Both the position numbers and the translations under genes were made by a program. Positions 12,359-25,539 of a DNA stretch of 64,000 nucleotides are shown here, piece after piece. Position 1 is the first letter of the stretch. Each line of letters opens with the position of its first letter. The notes under the pieces were generated by a model. The model did not search any database and was not told where the DNA came from. It saw only the letters and a program-made list of their open reading frames with translations. Location: assembly GCF_006345805.1 (NCBI RefSeq), contig NC_043004.1:104842001-104906000 (forward strand), given 5' to 3'. This DNA is from Octopus sinensis. Lineage: Eukaryota.

Positions 12359-12575
12359 ATGAGGGTGGGTGTAAAGTTCCTAGCATTGGGTAAAAGAAAA
12401 CACAGTAGAATCAGTTTATTATGATTTCATTTAACATATTCCCCCTCTCAGATCCACACACTTATTGCGGCAGTCCTTCAGTTTTTCTAAGCCCTGTAAA
12501 AGAACTCAGAAGGTTAGGCTTCCAACTGGGCCTTTCGCGACCCCCTTAAATCCAGCAACATTTCAGCACACCTAC
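12359..12575. mobile_element. Mariner-type MITE (~215 bp); a second 5' fragment at ~11796-11872
   Basis: Degenerate TIR GAGGGKGSTG.AAAGTTCCT(G/A)GC versus CCAGCAACATTTCAGCACACC; TA flanks. Confidence 0.65.
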
Positions 12576-12589
12576 ATATATATATTCTT

Positions 12590-12982
12590 TTCTACTCTAG
12601 GCACAAGGCCCGACATTTGGTGGGGGGCAATCGATTAGATCGACTCCAGTACGTAACTGGCACTTATTTAATCGACCCCGAAAGGATGAAAGGCAAATCG
12701 ATCTCGGCGGAATTTGAACTCAGAACGTAACGGCAGAGGAAATACCTATTTCTTTACTACCCACAAGGGGCTAAACACAGGGAGGACTAACAAGGACAGA
12801 CAAACAGATTAAGTTGATTATATCGACCCCAGTGTGCAACTGGTACTTAATTCACCGACCCCGAAAGGGTGAAAGGCAAAGTTGACCTCGGCGGAATTTG
12901 AACTCAGAACGTAACGGCAAACGAAATACGGATACGCATTTCGCCCGGCGTGCTTACGTTTCTGCCAGCTCGCTGCCTTACA
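12590..12982 (-). mobile_element. Two nested or tandem SINE family B copies (long-tailed variant)
   Basis: CCCGAAAGGATGAAAGGCAAA...GGCGGAATTTGAACTCAGAACGTAACGGCAG occurs twice. Confidence 0.85.
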
Positions 12983-13547
12983 CCCACGTATATATTATGC
13001 CGGAAAAAAATAACAACAAAAAATGAAATTGGGACGATCGCGGATTGACTATCTTTGAGTATGCGTCCGCTTGATCAAGGCTGGCCTGGGGCTAACCAAA
13101 AATAAAACAACAATACTGTCTGTCATGATGAAACCAGGCGTACAGAAGTCATCATGTGTACTAATGTAGGTCACATTCCAAATGAATCAGTTTAAGATGC
13201 ATTAGTTCCGTCTGGGTGGTTTTCAGTAGTTCTCGATTGTTACACATTAATTTGTAACCAATTGAACTCTTGTAATCCGTATTATCAACTCGTGTCAGTT
13301 GTTGTTAGGTTGTTGGTCTATATATCGTATTAGCTGAAGTATTTTATGTCAAGGTACTGTATATATGTTGATACGTGTATATATGTATATATGTGCATAC
13401 ATACGTACCTACACGTATCTATGTGTCGTTGTCCTCATATTTGTCTTCTGGCCCTCCACCACTGTTCGACAATCGGTGTTAATTTGTTTACCTCTCCTAA
13501 TCTTAGCGGTCCGGCAAAATATCCGACAGAATACGTAGAATAAGTAC

Positions 13548-13700
13548 AAGTGGCTGTGTAGTAAGAAGCTTGCTTACCAACCACATGGTTCCGGGTTCAT
13601 TCCTACTGCGTGGCACCTTGGGCAAGTGTTTTCTACTATAGCTTCGGGTCTTTCAAAGCCCTCTGAGTGGATTTGGTAGACGGAAACTGAAAGAAGCCCG

Positions 13701-13744
<44 letters not shown>

Positions 13745-13983
13745 GTATGTGTGTGTGTATACGTTTGTGTGTCAGTGTTTCTCCCCCCCCCATCGCTTGA
13801 CAATCGATGGTGGAGTGTTTACGTCCCCGTAAATCAGCGGTTCGACAAAAGAGGCCTATAGAATAAGTAATAGGCTTACAGAGAATATGTCCTGGGGTCG
13901 ATTTGCTCGAGAAGAAGGTGGTACTCCAGCATGGTCGCAGTCAAATGGTTGAAACGAGTAAAAAAGTAAAAGCGTAAAAGAGT
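13548..13983 (+). mobile_element. SINE family A
   Basis: Head, CCTTGGGCAAGTG body, internal TA/TG microsatellite, CAGTCAAATGGTTGAAAC tail. Confidence 0.85.
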
Positions 13984-14375
13984 ACTTGCTATACCCCGAC
14001 ATACATTCAATCATACGGGCAGAAACACATGCACACACGCACACACACACACACACACACACATACAATACACATGCACATTGTACGCATGAATGTCCTT
14101 AGAAATGTATAGGCAAAGCATGTATGCCGATGCACGCCCAAACACACTCACTCGTACAGTGCGTGTGGCCGTTCAAGCAAGCATTCGCACACAGAAAAGA
14201 TACGGACGCAGCTCACACAGACACACAACGATCATAAACATACGTTTTGCACGCACACATGCACACCCTACTTCTCTTTTTCTCTCTCCATACATACACG
14301 CATACACGTACATATCTTACAAACACACACGCACACACACACATACATTATTTGTGTGTGTGTGTGTGTGTGTAT

Positions 14376-14417
<42 letters not shown>

Positions 14418-14418
<1 letters not shown>

Positions 14419-14815
14419 GGCGCAGGAGTGGCTGTGTGGTAAGTAGCTTGCTAACCAACCACATGGTTCTGGGTTCTGCGTGGCATCTTGGGCAAGTATC
14501 TTCTGCTATAGCCCCGGGCCGACCAATGCCTTGTGAGTGGATTTGGTAGACGGAAACTGAAAGAAGCCTGTCGTATATATGTATGTATGTGTGTGTGTTT
14601 GTGTGTCTGTGTTTGTCCCCCTAGCATTGCTTGACAACCGATGCTGGTGTGTTTACGTCCTCGTCACTTAGCGGTTCGGCAAAAAGAGACCGATAGAATA
14701 AGTACTGAGCTTACAAAGAATAAGTCCCGGGGTCGATTTGCTCGACTAAAGGCGGTGTTCCAGCATGGCCGCAGTCAAATGACTGAAACAAGTAAAAGAG
14801 TAAAAGAGTAAAAGA
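14418..14815 (+). mobile_element. Full-length SINE family A (tRNA-derived; probably the octopus OK/OR-type class)
   Basis: AGGCGCAGGAGTGGCTGTGTGGTAAG head, CORE-like TTGGGCAAGT, internal microsatellite, tail GGCGGTG..CAGCATGGCCGCAGTCAAATGACTGAAAC(AAGTAAAAG)n. Confidence 0.9.
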
Positions 14816-15129
14816 TATATATATATATATATGCATACATGCATATCATACACGTATATACGTGTCCATGTATATCCGTCTAACAATGTGTGTGTCTGTG
14901 TGTGCGTGTGTGTATGCGTGTGTAAGTGTTGTTGGTATTAACGAATGCAAGAAAAAAAAATACTCTGTGTATTAGAACGGTATTGTAATAGCTTATTTAC
15001 GCTGCTCCAGTGACCTCCACAATGGAATTTCACGGCTACGTAACCAGTTCTTCAGACTAAATCCAGTCTATTTCCATTTGTGTAACTATGTGCCTATAAA
15101 CGTATCTATTCGGTGTAGTTGTGAATCGC

Positions 15130-15132
15130 GCG

Positions 15133-15173
<41 letters not shown>

Positions 15174-15538
15174 ACACACATACACACACATACACGTATA
15201 TATACATGCGCGCATGTACATAAACACTCACAAACACGCTCGTGCATGACACAAACACACATACACTCAAAGCTAACGCACACACGCACACACACACATA
15301 CATACACGCACACACACACACATACACGCATACACACACACACATGCACACACACATACACGCATACACGCACACACACACGCACACACACACATACACG
15401 CACACACACACATACACACATACACGCACACACGCACACACACACACACATACACGCATACACACACATACACACACACACATACACACACACACACAAT
15501 ACACACACACACATACACGCATACACACACATACACAC

Positions 15539-15576
<38 letters not shown>

Positions 15577-15760
15577 CATACACACATACACACACACACA
15601 TACACGCACACACCACGCACACACACACACACATACACGCATACACACACATACACACACACACATACACGCACACACGCACACACACAAACATACACGC
15701 ATACACACACATACACACACACACATACACACACACACACACATATACACACACATACAA
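15130..15760. repeat. Compound (CA)n/(CATA)/(CACG) array
   Basis: Direct inspection. Confidence 0.95.
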
Positions 15761-16209
15761 GCCTGTTAGGGAGCCAGCATGCGATCGCTCAGTCTTGTAA
15801 AAATAGTTGACAAATCCGAAAAGAGAACCCCTCACTTTTGAGAAAGGAAGTATAAATGTATTTATTGGGTCATGTAATTAAATATGCGCCATGCCTGAAA
15901 ATGCAGATTTGTTAATGGTAGGAGATATCTGATCACGTGATCTGTTGGAAGCCGATCTTTTGAACTCGAAGATTATGACGTAATATTAGTTTGGTTTTAC
16001 ATCAAGTTTACTGAAGCGTCTGGAAGTTATTTGGTGGGGAGGAGGGGGGGGAGAAGACTGATGAAATAATCGACCCTGATACTCGGACACACAGACACGC
16101 GCACACACGCATACATACACAAGTATACACACACACACACGCACAGACACACACACACACACACACCACGCACACAGAAGCACAAAGACACATCACACGT
16201 TCACAGATA

Positions 16210-16243
<34 letters not shown>

Positions 16244-16386
16244 CATACATACACATATACATATGTACATATATACATGTGTGTCTGTATTTATGAATAC
16301 GAACGCAAATACACACATACACTTACATGCTATCAAACACATAAGCAGAAATATACACTTATATATATATATATGTGTGTGTTGTG

Positions 16387-16417
<31 letters not shown>

Positions 16418-16799
16418 TGTGTGTGCGCGCGCGTGCATGTGTAGTAGACATAGTCACAGTCGGATGGTTAAGAGGTATGATTTACAATCATACTATCTCG
16501 GATTCGATCCCACTGTGTGGCATCTTTGGGAACTATCTTTCGCCATAGTCTCAGATCGTCCCAAGCGTTGCGAGTGATTTTGTGTGGACGTGGACGTTTT
16601 TGAATCCTGTCCGAGTTCTATTCCTGTTAGCTAATCTTGTCACTCTCGACCACACCAAAACTCCCTTAGAATTGCGGTAAGAGTACACCTGTTTTTGGTC
16701 GACCGACCACTTACACGCTAATTAAAGGTGCAGGCCGTTTTGTTGGTCGAAACATTGGAAACCGTCGAAACCGCCGGAAACCTATTTACATATATTAAC

Positions 16800-17015
16800 G
16801 GCTTCAACTTTTGGCCCAAGGCCAGCAATTTCGAGAGAGACCCTAAGTGGTTTACAACAGCCCCAGTGCTCAACTGGTACTTATTTTATCGACCTCGAAA
16901 GGATGAAAAGCAAAGTCGACCTCGGCGGAATTTGAAGTCAGAACGTGAAGACGGACGAAACGCCGCCAAAACATTTTCCCCGGCGTGCTAATGATTCTGC
17001 CATTTCGCCGCCTTA
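16800..17015 (-). mobile_element. SINE family B
   Basis: GAAAGGATGAAAAGCAAAGTCGACCTCGGCGGAATTTGAAGTCAG. Confidence 0.8.
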
Positions 17016-18016
17016 TCTACATATATTAATGCAAAATAATTTATTTCTTTTTTGGAATTAGATCTCGAAGTATATTAATGCTATAAATAATAGCATTGGG
17101 TTTAAAAAGATCTCTTTGAATAGAAAAAGGTCAGAAATAATTTATAGTGTGTTTCAATAACGTGTACCTAGTACACATGCAAAATGAAGAAAGTATACAC
17201 TAACGTAATCCTTGTGTAGGTTCAAAAATCGTGACTCAGATTTTCAAGTGCAGTTATGTATCCGTGTAATCAACGGACTTATCAATATCAGCTCTGCACA
17301 TATCGAAGGTCGGACTCGTATGCAGTATAACTGAACGTGCGCGAGTTGATGAAACAGATACTAGGCCTTATTGGTGTGATTATTCAAGTCGGTAATGATG
17401 TTAAATACTAGCTTCTTGAAAGGCAAACAAATGTGTCTTGAAACCAGGAATGACAAGCGGGTTGTTATTAACTAAAATTAATAAGAGAAATCGGATTTAG
17501 GAATAATAGGAAATAAGCTAAGACAGCCACATCTGCACCATTCTCCTTAAGTGGTTCCTCGCTCCAGCGACAGACACTGACCGGCGTGAATTGGCTCCTC
17601 CAGATGCTGTGTTGCAACCTGACCGATTTGTTCTTGGTAATGTCAGCTCCTGGTTTTATCACCTGTTTCTTCTGTGTGGTGCTCCCACCTCGATTTACGA
17701 GATACCCGACAGTATGACCTCACTTGCAGCATCGATGGAAAACCTGCTCAAATCAGAGTGGTATCGGATAATATGGGGGTCATCATGGGTCTATTAAAGA
17801 CCGACTTAGTTCCCAGATAATGCCTCTAACACCCAGGTTCACCAAATCGTATTTGTTTCTTCGTGTATAAGAGTAGGCGCCTTAATTCCGGTAATGCAAC
17901 CTTTGTTTCGAATTTTAACAAAAGCGGTGCTGTTCCATAACAGCTTCTTGTAATGTATTGCATTCTATCGCTTAATTAAACTTCATTGGATCTACTCCAG
18001 CTCATTTTTTCCCTAG

Positions 18017-18060
<44 letters not shown>

Positions 18061-18229
18061 CGAGAGAGAGAGAGACTGAGAAACTAGTTGAGGACGATTT
18101 CCTTCAAACTCACGCCTAATTTGTTAATCTGGTCGAACTCAGATTCCAGCAACCACTTCTATATATTTTACCTAGGCTGACTCTGAAGATAAAACAGTTG
18201 TGTTCTGAGTACCAGTTACTCGAATATGT

Positions 18230-18910
18230 AGACTTTCTATCCGCTACACTTCCAAAAACACTAATGCTTCAGATAGCTGTTCTTCTAAGTAGGGAAAATA
18301 CTTGAAACGTTAGACTTCTCTTTTTCACAGAATAAATCATATCCCACTGCTTGAGTTATCTGTATCACTTTCTGCCGACACAAAAAAACATCACTAGTTT
18401 CCTTCGATCCTACTGTTTGCTAACAAAAATTCTGTCGAGAAGAAATTTGGAGACATGATGCGTTCATTCAAGCCAATGTTGGTATGTTCAGGAAACCCAG
18501 TCAATATCTTTCAGACAATTAACTCACTAACTGCTACTCTCGTACAATCTTAAGGTGTATTTAAAATACTATTTCAGTCATCCACTTAAACAAATGGAGG
18601 ATATGTTACCAAGAATGCTTCTGAACGCTTGAAATATCATACCATCTGATATCTATCAGGACATAAATGGTTAAAGTCTAAAGGCACCGCCTTCATTTCT
18701 GTCCATGCCCAGTGTCACTAACTTACCTGAAGCAATACAGCCCCTCCATTTGATCAGGGCTGACCAAACAAGGGGAACACCTTGTAGTCAGCCAGCAGAA
18801 GTGTGAGTAGGGGTTTCTCGGAAATCTTGATCTGGTAGATGGCTACCACATCTATATCCAATGACCTGAGACCGTTAAAAAGTGGCCTTGCTTCCAAACT
18901 GACTCTAGAC
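18230..18910 (-). pseudogene. Tx1/L1-like APE endonuclease relic
   Basis: Minus frame reads LFNGLRSLDIDVVAIYQIKI...DYKVFPLFGQP*SNGGAVLL and EGGAFRL; many stops. Confidence 0.5.
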
Positions 18911-19399
18911 TACTTGTATTTTTATAAACAATACTGAGTAGTGAAATATTAAGCGGATAAAAAGTGAGTAGAGGAACTTAATCCGGTTTTATTTTTCGGA
19001 TCCTTGAAATACTTCACCAAAAATCCTTCCTCTAATTTGAAAATCTTCATAACGCAAGGAAACTATTTTTGCTTTAGCGGTAGTTTTCTGTTGTGAGTCG
19101 CACCAAAAGTATTTCAATGGACATTCCCACCAAAATTTATTTATTTATTTATGTTTAACAATAATCCAACAACTCAATATTGTCATTTCAGCGAGACGAT
19201 TTAGTATTCAAAAATAAAGGTGGTTTGTACGACACCCTGATTAATATTAATCACCGTCTCCTTATTTACCTGAAGAGCGTCAATACAGAACATTAAAAAG
19301 ACGCGTTGCAAATTAATGCGAGAGAGAGAAATGCATCGAAAGAACTCCTTCTCTAACACCAACAAAAGAATAACATATGAATGAGAAGACTTTGGATTT

Positions 19400-19670
19400 A
19401 TATAAAAGATATATAAAAGTGAGATGGCCATATCTAAGGCAAATTAAGGCAAAATACCCGAGGGGCCTGCATGGAGTTTGGGTTGATGTTTTCAAGAAGC
19501 ACCGTAACATTCTGTTCTCCAAGATCCCAGATGAACCTATATCATAGCAAGAAACTCAGATGACGACAGCATTATCAAACCCACTCGTTCATCAAAAGAC
19601 AACCACTTAAGAATGGGCATAGAAAAGGTGATAATGGCAGTACCCCAGCATGACCACAGCCTTTCTGCTA
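19400..19670 (+). mobile_element. Old 3' end of CR1-like LINE family L-B
   Basis: VDVFKK...ILFSKIPDEP and tail GGCAGTACCCCAGCATGACCACAGC, homologous to 31150-31400. Confidence 0.6.
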
Positions 19671-19927
19671 TCAGCACAAGGCCTGAAATTTTGGGGGAGG
19701 GTACTAATCGATTACATCGACCCCAGTGTTTCACTGTTACTTAATTTATCGACCCTTAAAGGATGAAATGCAAAGTCGACCTTGGCGGAATTTGAACTCT
19801 GAACGTAGCGACAGGCGAAATACCGGTAAGCATTTCGTCCTGCGCGTTAATGATTCTGCCAGCTCAAATAGTATAAACATCTTTCCTAGACGTGAGACCA
19901 GCAATTGCGGGAGAGGGAGAAAGAGAG

Positions 19928-19989
<62 letters not shown>

Positions 19990-20100
19990 ATAATCGATTA
20001 TACCGACATCATTAGTTGGCTGGTACTTTGGTGGGATTTGAACTCAGAACGTAAAGGTACACAGCTAAATATGTATTTCGTCAATTGCTCGACTACCACT
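19671..20100 (-). mobile_element. Two SINE family B copies, the second interrupted by (GA)n
   Basis: Family B motifs. Confidence 0.7.
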
Positions 20101-20287
20101 ACTCTTATAATAAAACGATATGTAAATATTATCAAAATTATAAATGAAATATAAATGCAGTGAAAATTAAAAAAACAAAAGAAACAGAAATGAAGGCACA
20201 AGAGAGGGTGAGAGAAAGAAAGAGGAAGAGAAGGAACACAAAAACATGCAAATGGGCACACATACACTGAAGCGCACGCAGACACTT

Positions 20288-20428
20288 ACTCTTTTACTCT
20301 TTACTTGTTTCAGTCATTTGACTGCGGCCATGCTGGAGCACCGCCTTTAGTCGAGCAAATCGACCCCGGGACTTATTCTTTGTAAGCCCAGTACTTATTC
20401 TATCGGTCTCTTTTTGCCGAACCGCTAG
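20288..20428 (-). mobile_element. SINE family A 3' half
   Basis: Near-identical to the reverse complement of 14670-14815. Confidence 0.85.
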
Positions 20429-20731
20429 ATTCAAATTGCAGCCAAATCAGCGTCAAATCATACAGACCATCTTTTAGAAAATGGAAAGAAACTTTAAAAA
20501 ATAAATAAATAAATAAAGACGGGTTGTTAGAGCCAGATTCCTTTTGATCATTGATCGATTTAAGATTAAGTCAATGTCAGCTGATCTGAAAGGCTAAATA
20601 ACAACACTAGCAACAATAGCAAAACATACAAACCTGCATATACACGCGCACGTACACGCACTCACACGCACACAGACACATACAAAGACAAATATACACA
20701 CACACACATACACGCGTGTATACAATGAAGG

Positions 20732-20806
<75 letters not shown>

Positions 20807-20848
20807 TAGATAGATAGATAGATAGATATGTATGTATGTATGTATGTA

Positions 20849-20880
<32 letters not shown>

Positions 20881-20890
20881 TGTGTTTGTG

Positions 20891-21187
20891 CGTGGAGGTG
20901 CAATGGCCCAGTGGTTAGGGCAGCGGACTCGCCGTCGTAGGATCTCGGTTTCGATTCCGAGACCGGGCGTTGTTTGTTTTTATTGAGCGAAAACACCTAA
21001 AAGCTCCATGAAGCTTGGGCAGGGGGTGGTGGAGATCCCTGCTTTACTCTTTCGCCGCAACTTTCTCTCACTCTTTCTTCTGTTGGCCTGCTCGCTTAGC
21101 CAGCGGGGTGGTGTCATTTGAGGGCTAAAACAATGCGAAGCGCAGTGTGACAAGCGATGTGTAGCAACATCTGATAACCTGGTCGGC
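20891..21187 (+). mobile_element. tRNA-derived SINE, family D
   Basis: A-box-like TGGCCCAGTGGTTAGG and B-box-like GGTTTCGATTCC followed by a ~200 bp body; microsatellite flanks. Confidence 0.65.
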
Positions 21188-21849
21188 TATATATATATAC
21201 ACACACAATGACACACGCATACATACACATACGCGCGCACACACACACAGACACACGCGCGCGTATACAATGAAGCATATATATGTATATATATGCATAT
21301 ATATATATATATATATATATTATTTATATATATATATATATACATATAGATACATACATATATATATATACACACACACATAGACACACACATACATACA
21401 CATGCGCGCATATACATTGAAGCATATATATGTATATGTATGTATATATATATATATATATATATGCATATATATGCATATACATATATATATTATTTAT
21501 ATTATATATATATACATATATACATATATACACATACACACACACACGCTCACGCGCGCAGACACACACACAAGGGCTTACAAAGACATACAAATAGATG
21601 TGTACACAAACCACAAACACAGAAACATACACGCACCTGCTCTCTCACACACACACACACAAACACAGAAGCAAGCTCAAACAAATACACAAACATGCAT
21701 GTACATGGGTCCCTCCTCCCCCCCATACACACACATACACTTTTACCTATTATAACTTTTCAAAGTAAGCTGGCAGTTGTAGGGAATAAGTTGTGAAAAC
21801 TGTATGAGTAAAAATGATGCAATGATGACAACGAAATAAATCCGTTTTT

Positions 21850-22180
21850 TCTCTTTTTTTGTGTATACACAAAACGACCATTGAGCACTCGTATCTGTTT
21901 TGCTTGTCGATTGGTTTCCTCGAATCGATTTCCGGTCGATGCAAAGCCGGGAAAAACTTCCTAAAATGGCTACAACAGAAGCGAGATGCTCGCAAATGTT
22001 GTGCTGCGCCTGCTCGCTGCATTAAACGAACCAGTACGTAATCGATCTGCACGTTGATTGGTCGAGAACATTTATCGTCAGCAATGACGTCAGATGTTTT
22101 GGTGGGGTGATTCCCCGTTCAATTTTTCTCTATGATTCATCAAAACAGAGATGATGTCACGAACGGAACCGAAAAGATCA
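21850..22180. promoter_or_regulatory. CpG-rich promoter-like island, possibly bidirectional
   Basis: More than 20 CpG in ~330 bp, TGACGTCA (CRE) at ~22085, two ATTGG/CCAAT boxes, ACTTCCTAAAATGGCT (ETS + YY1-like), ATCGAT motifs. Confidence 0.55.
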
Positions 22181-22866
22181 CACATGCACACACATGCATA
22201 CACACACACACATACCTCCATTCATACATAAATTCATACATACATCATATGCATATATATATGCATATATAAATATATATATACAATTTTTCTCTCTTCG
22301 ATAGATGTACACAATCGATACTATCCTAACCCCGGAATTATTCTAATATGTTTCCGAAGGATCCAGTGACTAATACAAGCAATGTGTCATTGTTTATATC
22401 AGCTGACAAATTCTGACTGACGTAATTTCTTGTTCATCGATAGTACCTCCTCTCATCATCATCTTCTTTACATTGTTTATTAGTTCCATCATTCGCTATC
22501 GAAGAACAGGTGTGTTGTACTTTAACCCAACTGGTGATAAGCAGCTATGTCTCATGTTCGCGTGTGTATGCACCTGTACAGGTGTGCACATGTCGATACG
22601 CATCAATATTTGTAATCTGTTACTCTTTCAATTTATAAACGGTTTCAGTCATTTGATTGCGGCCATACAGGGGTACTGGCAGAGGGATCACTACCATACA
22701 AGGGTACGGCCATGTAGGAGTACTACTATTCAAGGGTACTGCATAAAAAGGGCATAGTCTTTTAACAATCACATCGATCTCAATTTTTCTTTTTAAGTGT
22801 AATACTTATTTCATCAAATTCTATTGATCGAAACTCTAAATTGCTTGACACAAGAGGACGATTTAC

Positions 22867-22956
<90 letters not shown>

Positions 22957-23174
22957 CTCTTTTACTCTCTTTTTTACTCTTTTACTTGTTTCAGCCATTT
23001 GACTGTGACCATGCTGGAGCACTGCCTTTAGTCGAGCAAATCGACCCCCAGGACTTATTGTTTGTAAGCCTAGTACTTATTCTATCGGTCTATTTTGCCG
23101 AACCGCTAAGTTACGGGGATGTAAACACACCAGCATCAGTTGTCAAGTGATGTTGGGGGACAAATGCAGACATA

Positions 23175-23251
<77 letters not shown>

Positions 23252-23369
23252 TTTGGTCGGCTCGAGGCTATAGTAGAAGACACTTGCCGAAGGTGCCATG
23301 CAGTGGGACTGAACCCAGAACCATGTGGTTGGTAAGCAAGCTACTTATCATTCAGCCACTCCTACGCCT
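22957..23369 (-). mobile_element. Full-length SINE family A
   Basis: Reverse complement of the family A layout. Confidence 0.85.
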
Positions 23370-23477
23370 ATTTATCATCATCATCATTATATTCATTATT
23401 TTATTATTATTATTATTATTATTGTTGTTGTTGTTGTTGTTGTGTTGTTGTTGTTGTTGTTGTTGTTATTGTTGTTG

Positions 23478-24918
23478 CCTTTGCATAGCTTCTAACGCTG
23501 GAGATGTACTACAGTGTCAGCTGTTCACTACCAGTGAACTAAAGTAACACCTCTTATTTTTCGAGCACCTTCCGGAGTATTCGGACGGTTCCAAGCAGTA
23601 CTGTTTTCTGCAAATGCTCCACCCTTATTACAGCCCATATTTGTTCCACGTAACTTTTTTTTTTGCTCACTGTTCCCAGGGCTCCGACAATTATTAGTAT
23701 TACTGTTACCTTTTTCATCGACCACAACTGCTTAACTTCCCAAGCTAACCTCTCATATTTATCGACTTTTCTTTCTTCCTTATCGCATACCTTATTGTCA
23801 GCTGGGTATGCTATATCTATGATCCAGTATAATTTGTTTTCTATCTCAATTAAGACTATGTCTGGCTTCCTATTCTCTATCTCATGGTCGCACTGAATCA
23901 TAAAATCCCATAAGATCTTTGCATTTTTATTTTCGATGACGCCTTCGGGTTTGTGCTCTGTCAATTCCATACTTGTTGCAAAGTGTCCAATGAACAAGCC
24001 GTGTTATATTGCCGTGGCGTCTCTTATATTCCTTCTGGGCAAGTGGCGTACATTGGCTGGTAATATTCCATACAGTTTCACCATTTTGTCCACAGATTCT
24101 GCACTTACCACTTTCTGATGTGTTATCTATTCTGTATTTTATGTAGTTTGTTCTTAGTGCTTGCTCTTGGGCAGCACAGATTAGAGCCTCCGTTTCCGGT
24201 TTTAAATCACTTTTAGTCATCCACAGCCATCTTTTTTCTCTGTCTGTCTTATCTTCAACATCCCTATGAAATTGACCAAGCATTCTTTTCTTTACCCATC
24301 ATTCGTTTTCAATTTTTCGTACAGTGCTTTATCTTTGCAATCTTTTATCCTACACAAGCCTGACCTTCTTACTCCTAATAACAGCGGTTCGTGGTATTTT
24401 TTTACATACCATGCTATGTTGTTTTCTTCTGCTCTAATGCTGTGCTCGCATCCATTAAGTCCTCTTCCCCCTCTTTTTCTTGGTACATACAGTCTGTCTG
24501 TGTCACTTTTTGGGTGAAGTGACCCATATCTAGTTACCAACTTCCTTATCTTTTTGTCTTAGCTGTTTAGTTCGTCTACTGTCCATGTGATTAACCCCTG
24601 CTCCATATCTAAGTAGTGAAACCGCTCAGGTGCTGATAGCTTCAATCTTATTCCGTCCGTTTAATTTCGACTTAAGGTTCAGTCTCAGTCTGCGCAAGTA
24701 CTCCACCTTAATTTTTTCTGTCATTTCTTTCTCCATCAATTTATCCATTTCCAAAATCCCCAAGTACTTATAGCCCGTCTCTTCTATCTGCTTCATAGCC
24801 TCCCCCGATGGTATCGTTAACCCGTCCATACATTTGATTTTGCCTCTCTTCAAAGACAAACACACCACACTTTCTCAGTCCGAACTCCATTCTGATATCA
24901 GCACTGAAGGTATACAAT
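23478..24918 (-). mobile_element. R4/Dong-clade non-LTR retrotransposon, 5'-truncated (late RT, CCHC, restriction-like endonuclease)
   Basis: GYKYLG; LHPKSDTDRLYVPRKRGGRGL; CRICGQNGETVWNITSQC; RH; KILWDF; RKPDIVL; KVDKY; frameshifted. Confidence 0.9.
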
Positions 24919-24941
24919 GTTATTATTATTATTATTATTAT

Positions 24942-24985
<44 letters not shown>

Positions 24986-25008
24986 CTACTACTACTACTA
25001 CTACTACT

Positions 25009-25400
25009 GCGGCGGTGAGATGGTAGAATTGGTAGCACGTTAGACAAAATGCTTAGCAGCATTTCGTCCATCTTCACGTTCTAAGTTCAAATTCTACCGA
25101 TGTCGACTTTGCCTTTCGTCCTTTGGGGGTTGATAAATTAAGCACCTACTGATAATCCTGGTCTTGTGCCAGAAATCAAAATCATTGTTGTTGTTGTTGT
25201 TTAGGGCGGTGGATTGGCAGAATTGTTAAAGCATCAGACAAAACGCTTTGTGGTATTTCTCCTACTTCTTACGTTCGGGGTTCCAATTCACCGAGTTCTC
25301 AACTTAGCCTTTCGTCCTTATGGGATCGATAAGATAAGTATTAGTTGCGCACGTGTCGATCTTATTGACTGACTCATTTTTTGCCAAACTCTGAAACCAT
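25009..25400 (+). mobile_element. Two SINE family B copies
   Basis: GGCGGTGAGATGGTAGAATTG and GGCGGTGGATTGGCAGAATTG heads. Confidence 0.75.
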
Positions 25401-25539
25401 TATTGTTGTTATTGCTTTCGTTTGTGAGTTCGCAAGGACTAGTGGCTAGGATATTGCACTCACGATCGAGTCAAGATCGTGGTTTCAGTTCCTGAACCGG
25501 GTGCCGTGTTGTGTTCTTGAGCAGACTTAAGAGCTTTCT

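Noticed and set aside
15020-15056. Minus-strand CUGAAGA...GAAA with a partly palindromic stem II
   Set aside because: No usable stem III, NUH triplet or stem I; at most a very old relic.
17470-18000. Moderately GC-rich segment with short ORFs
   Set aside because: No motif recognised on either strand; probably an old retroelement relic that I cannot assign.
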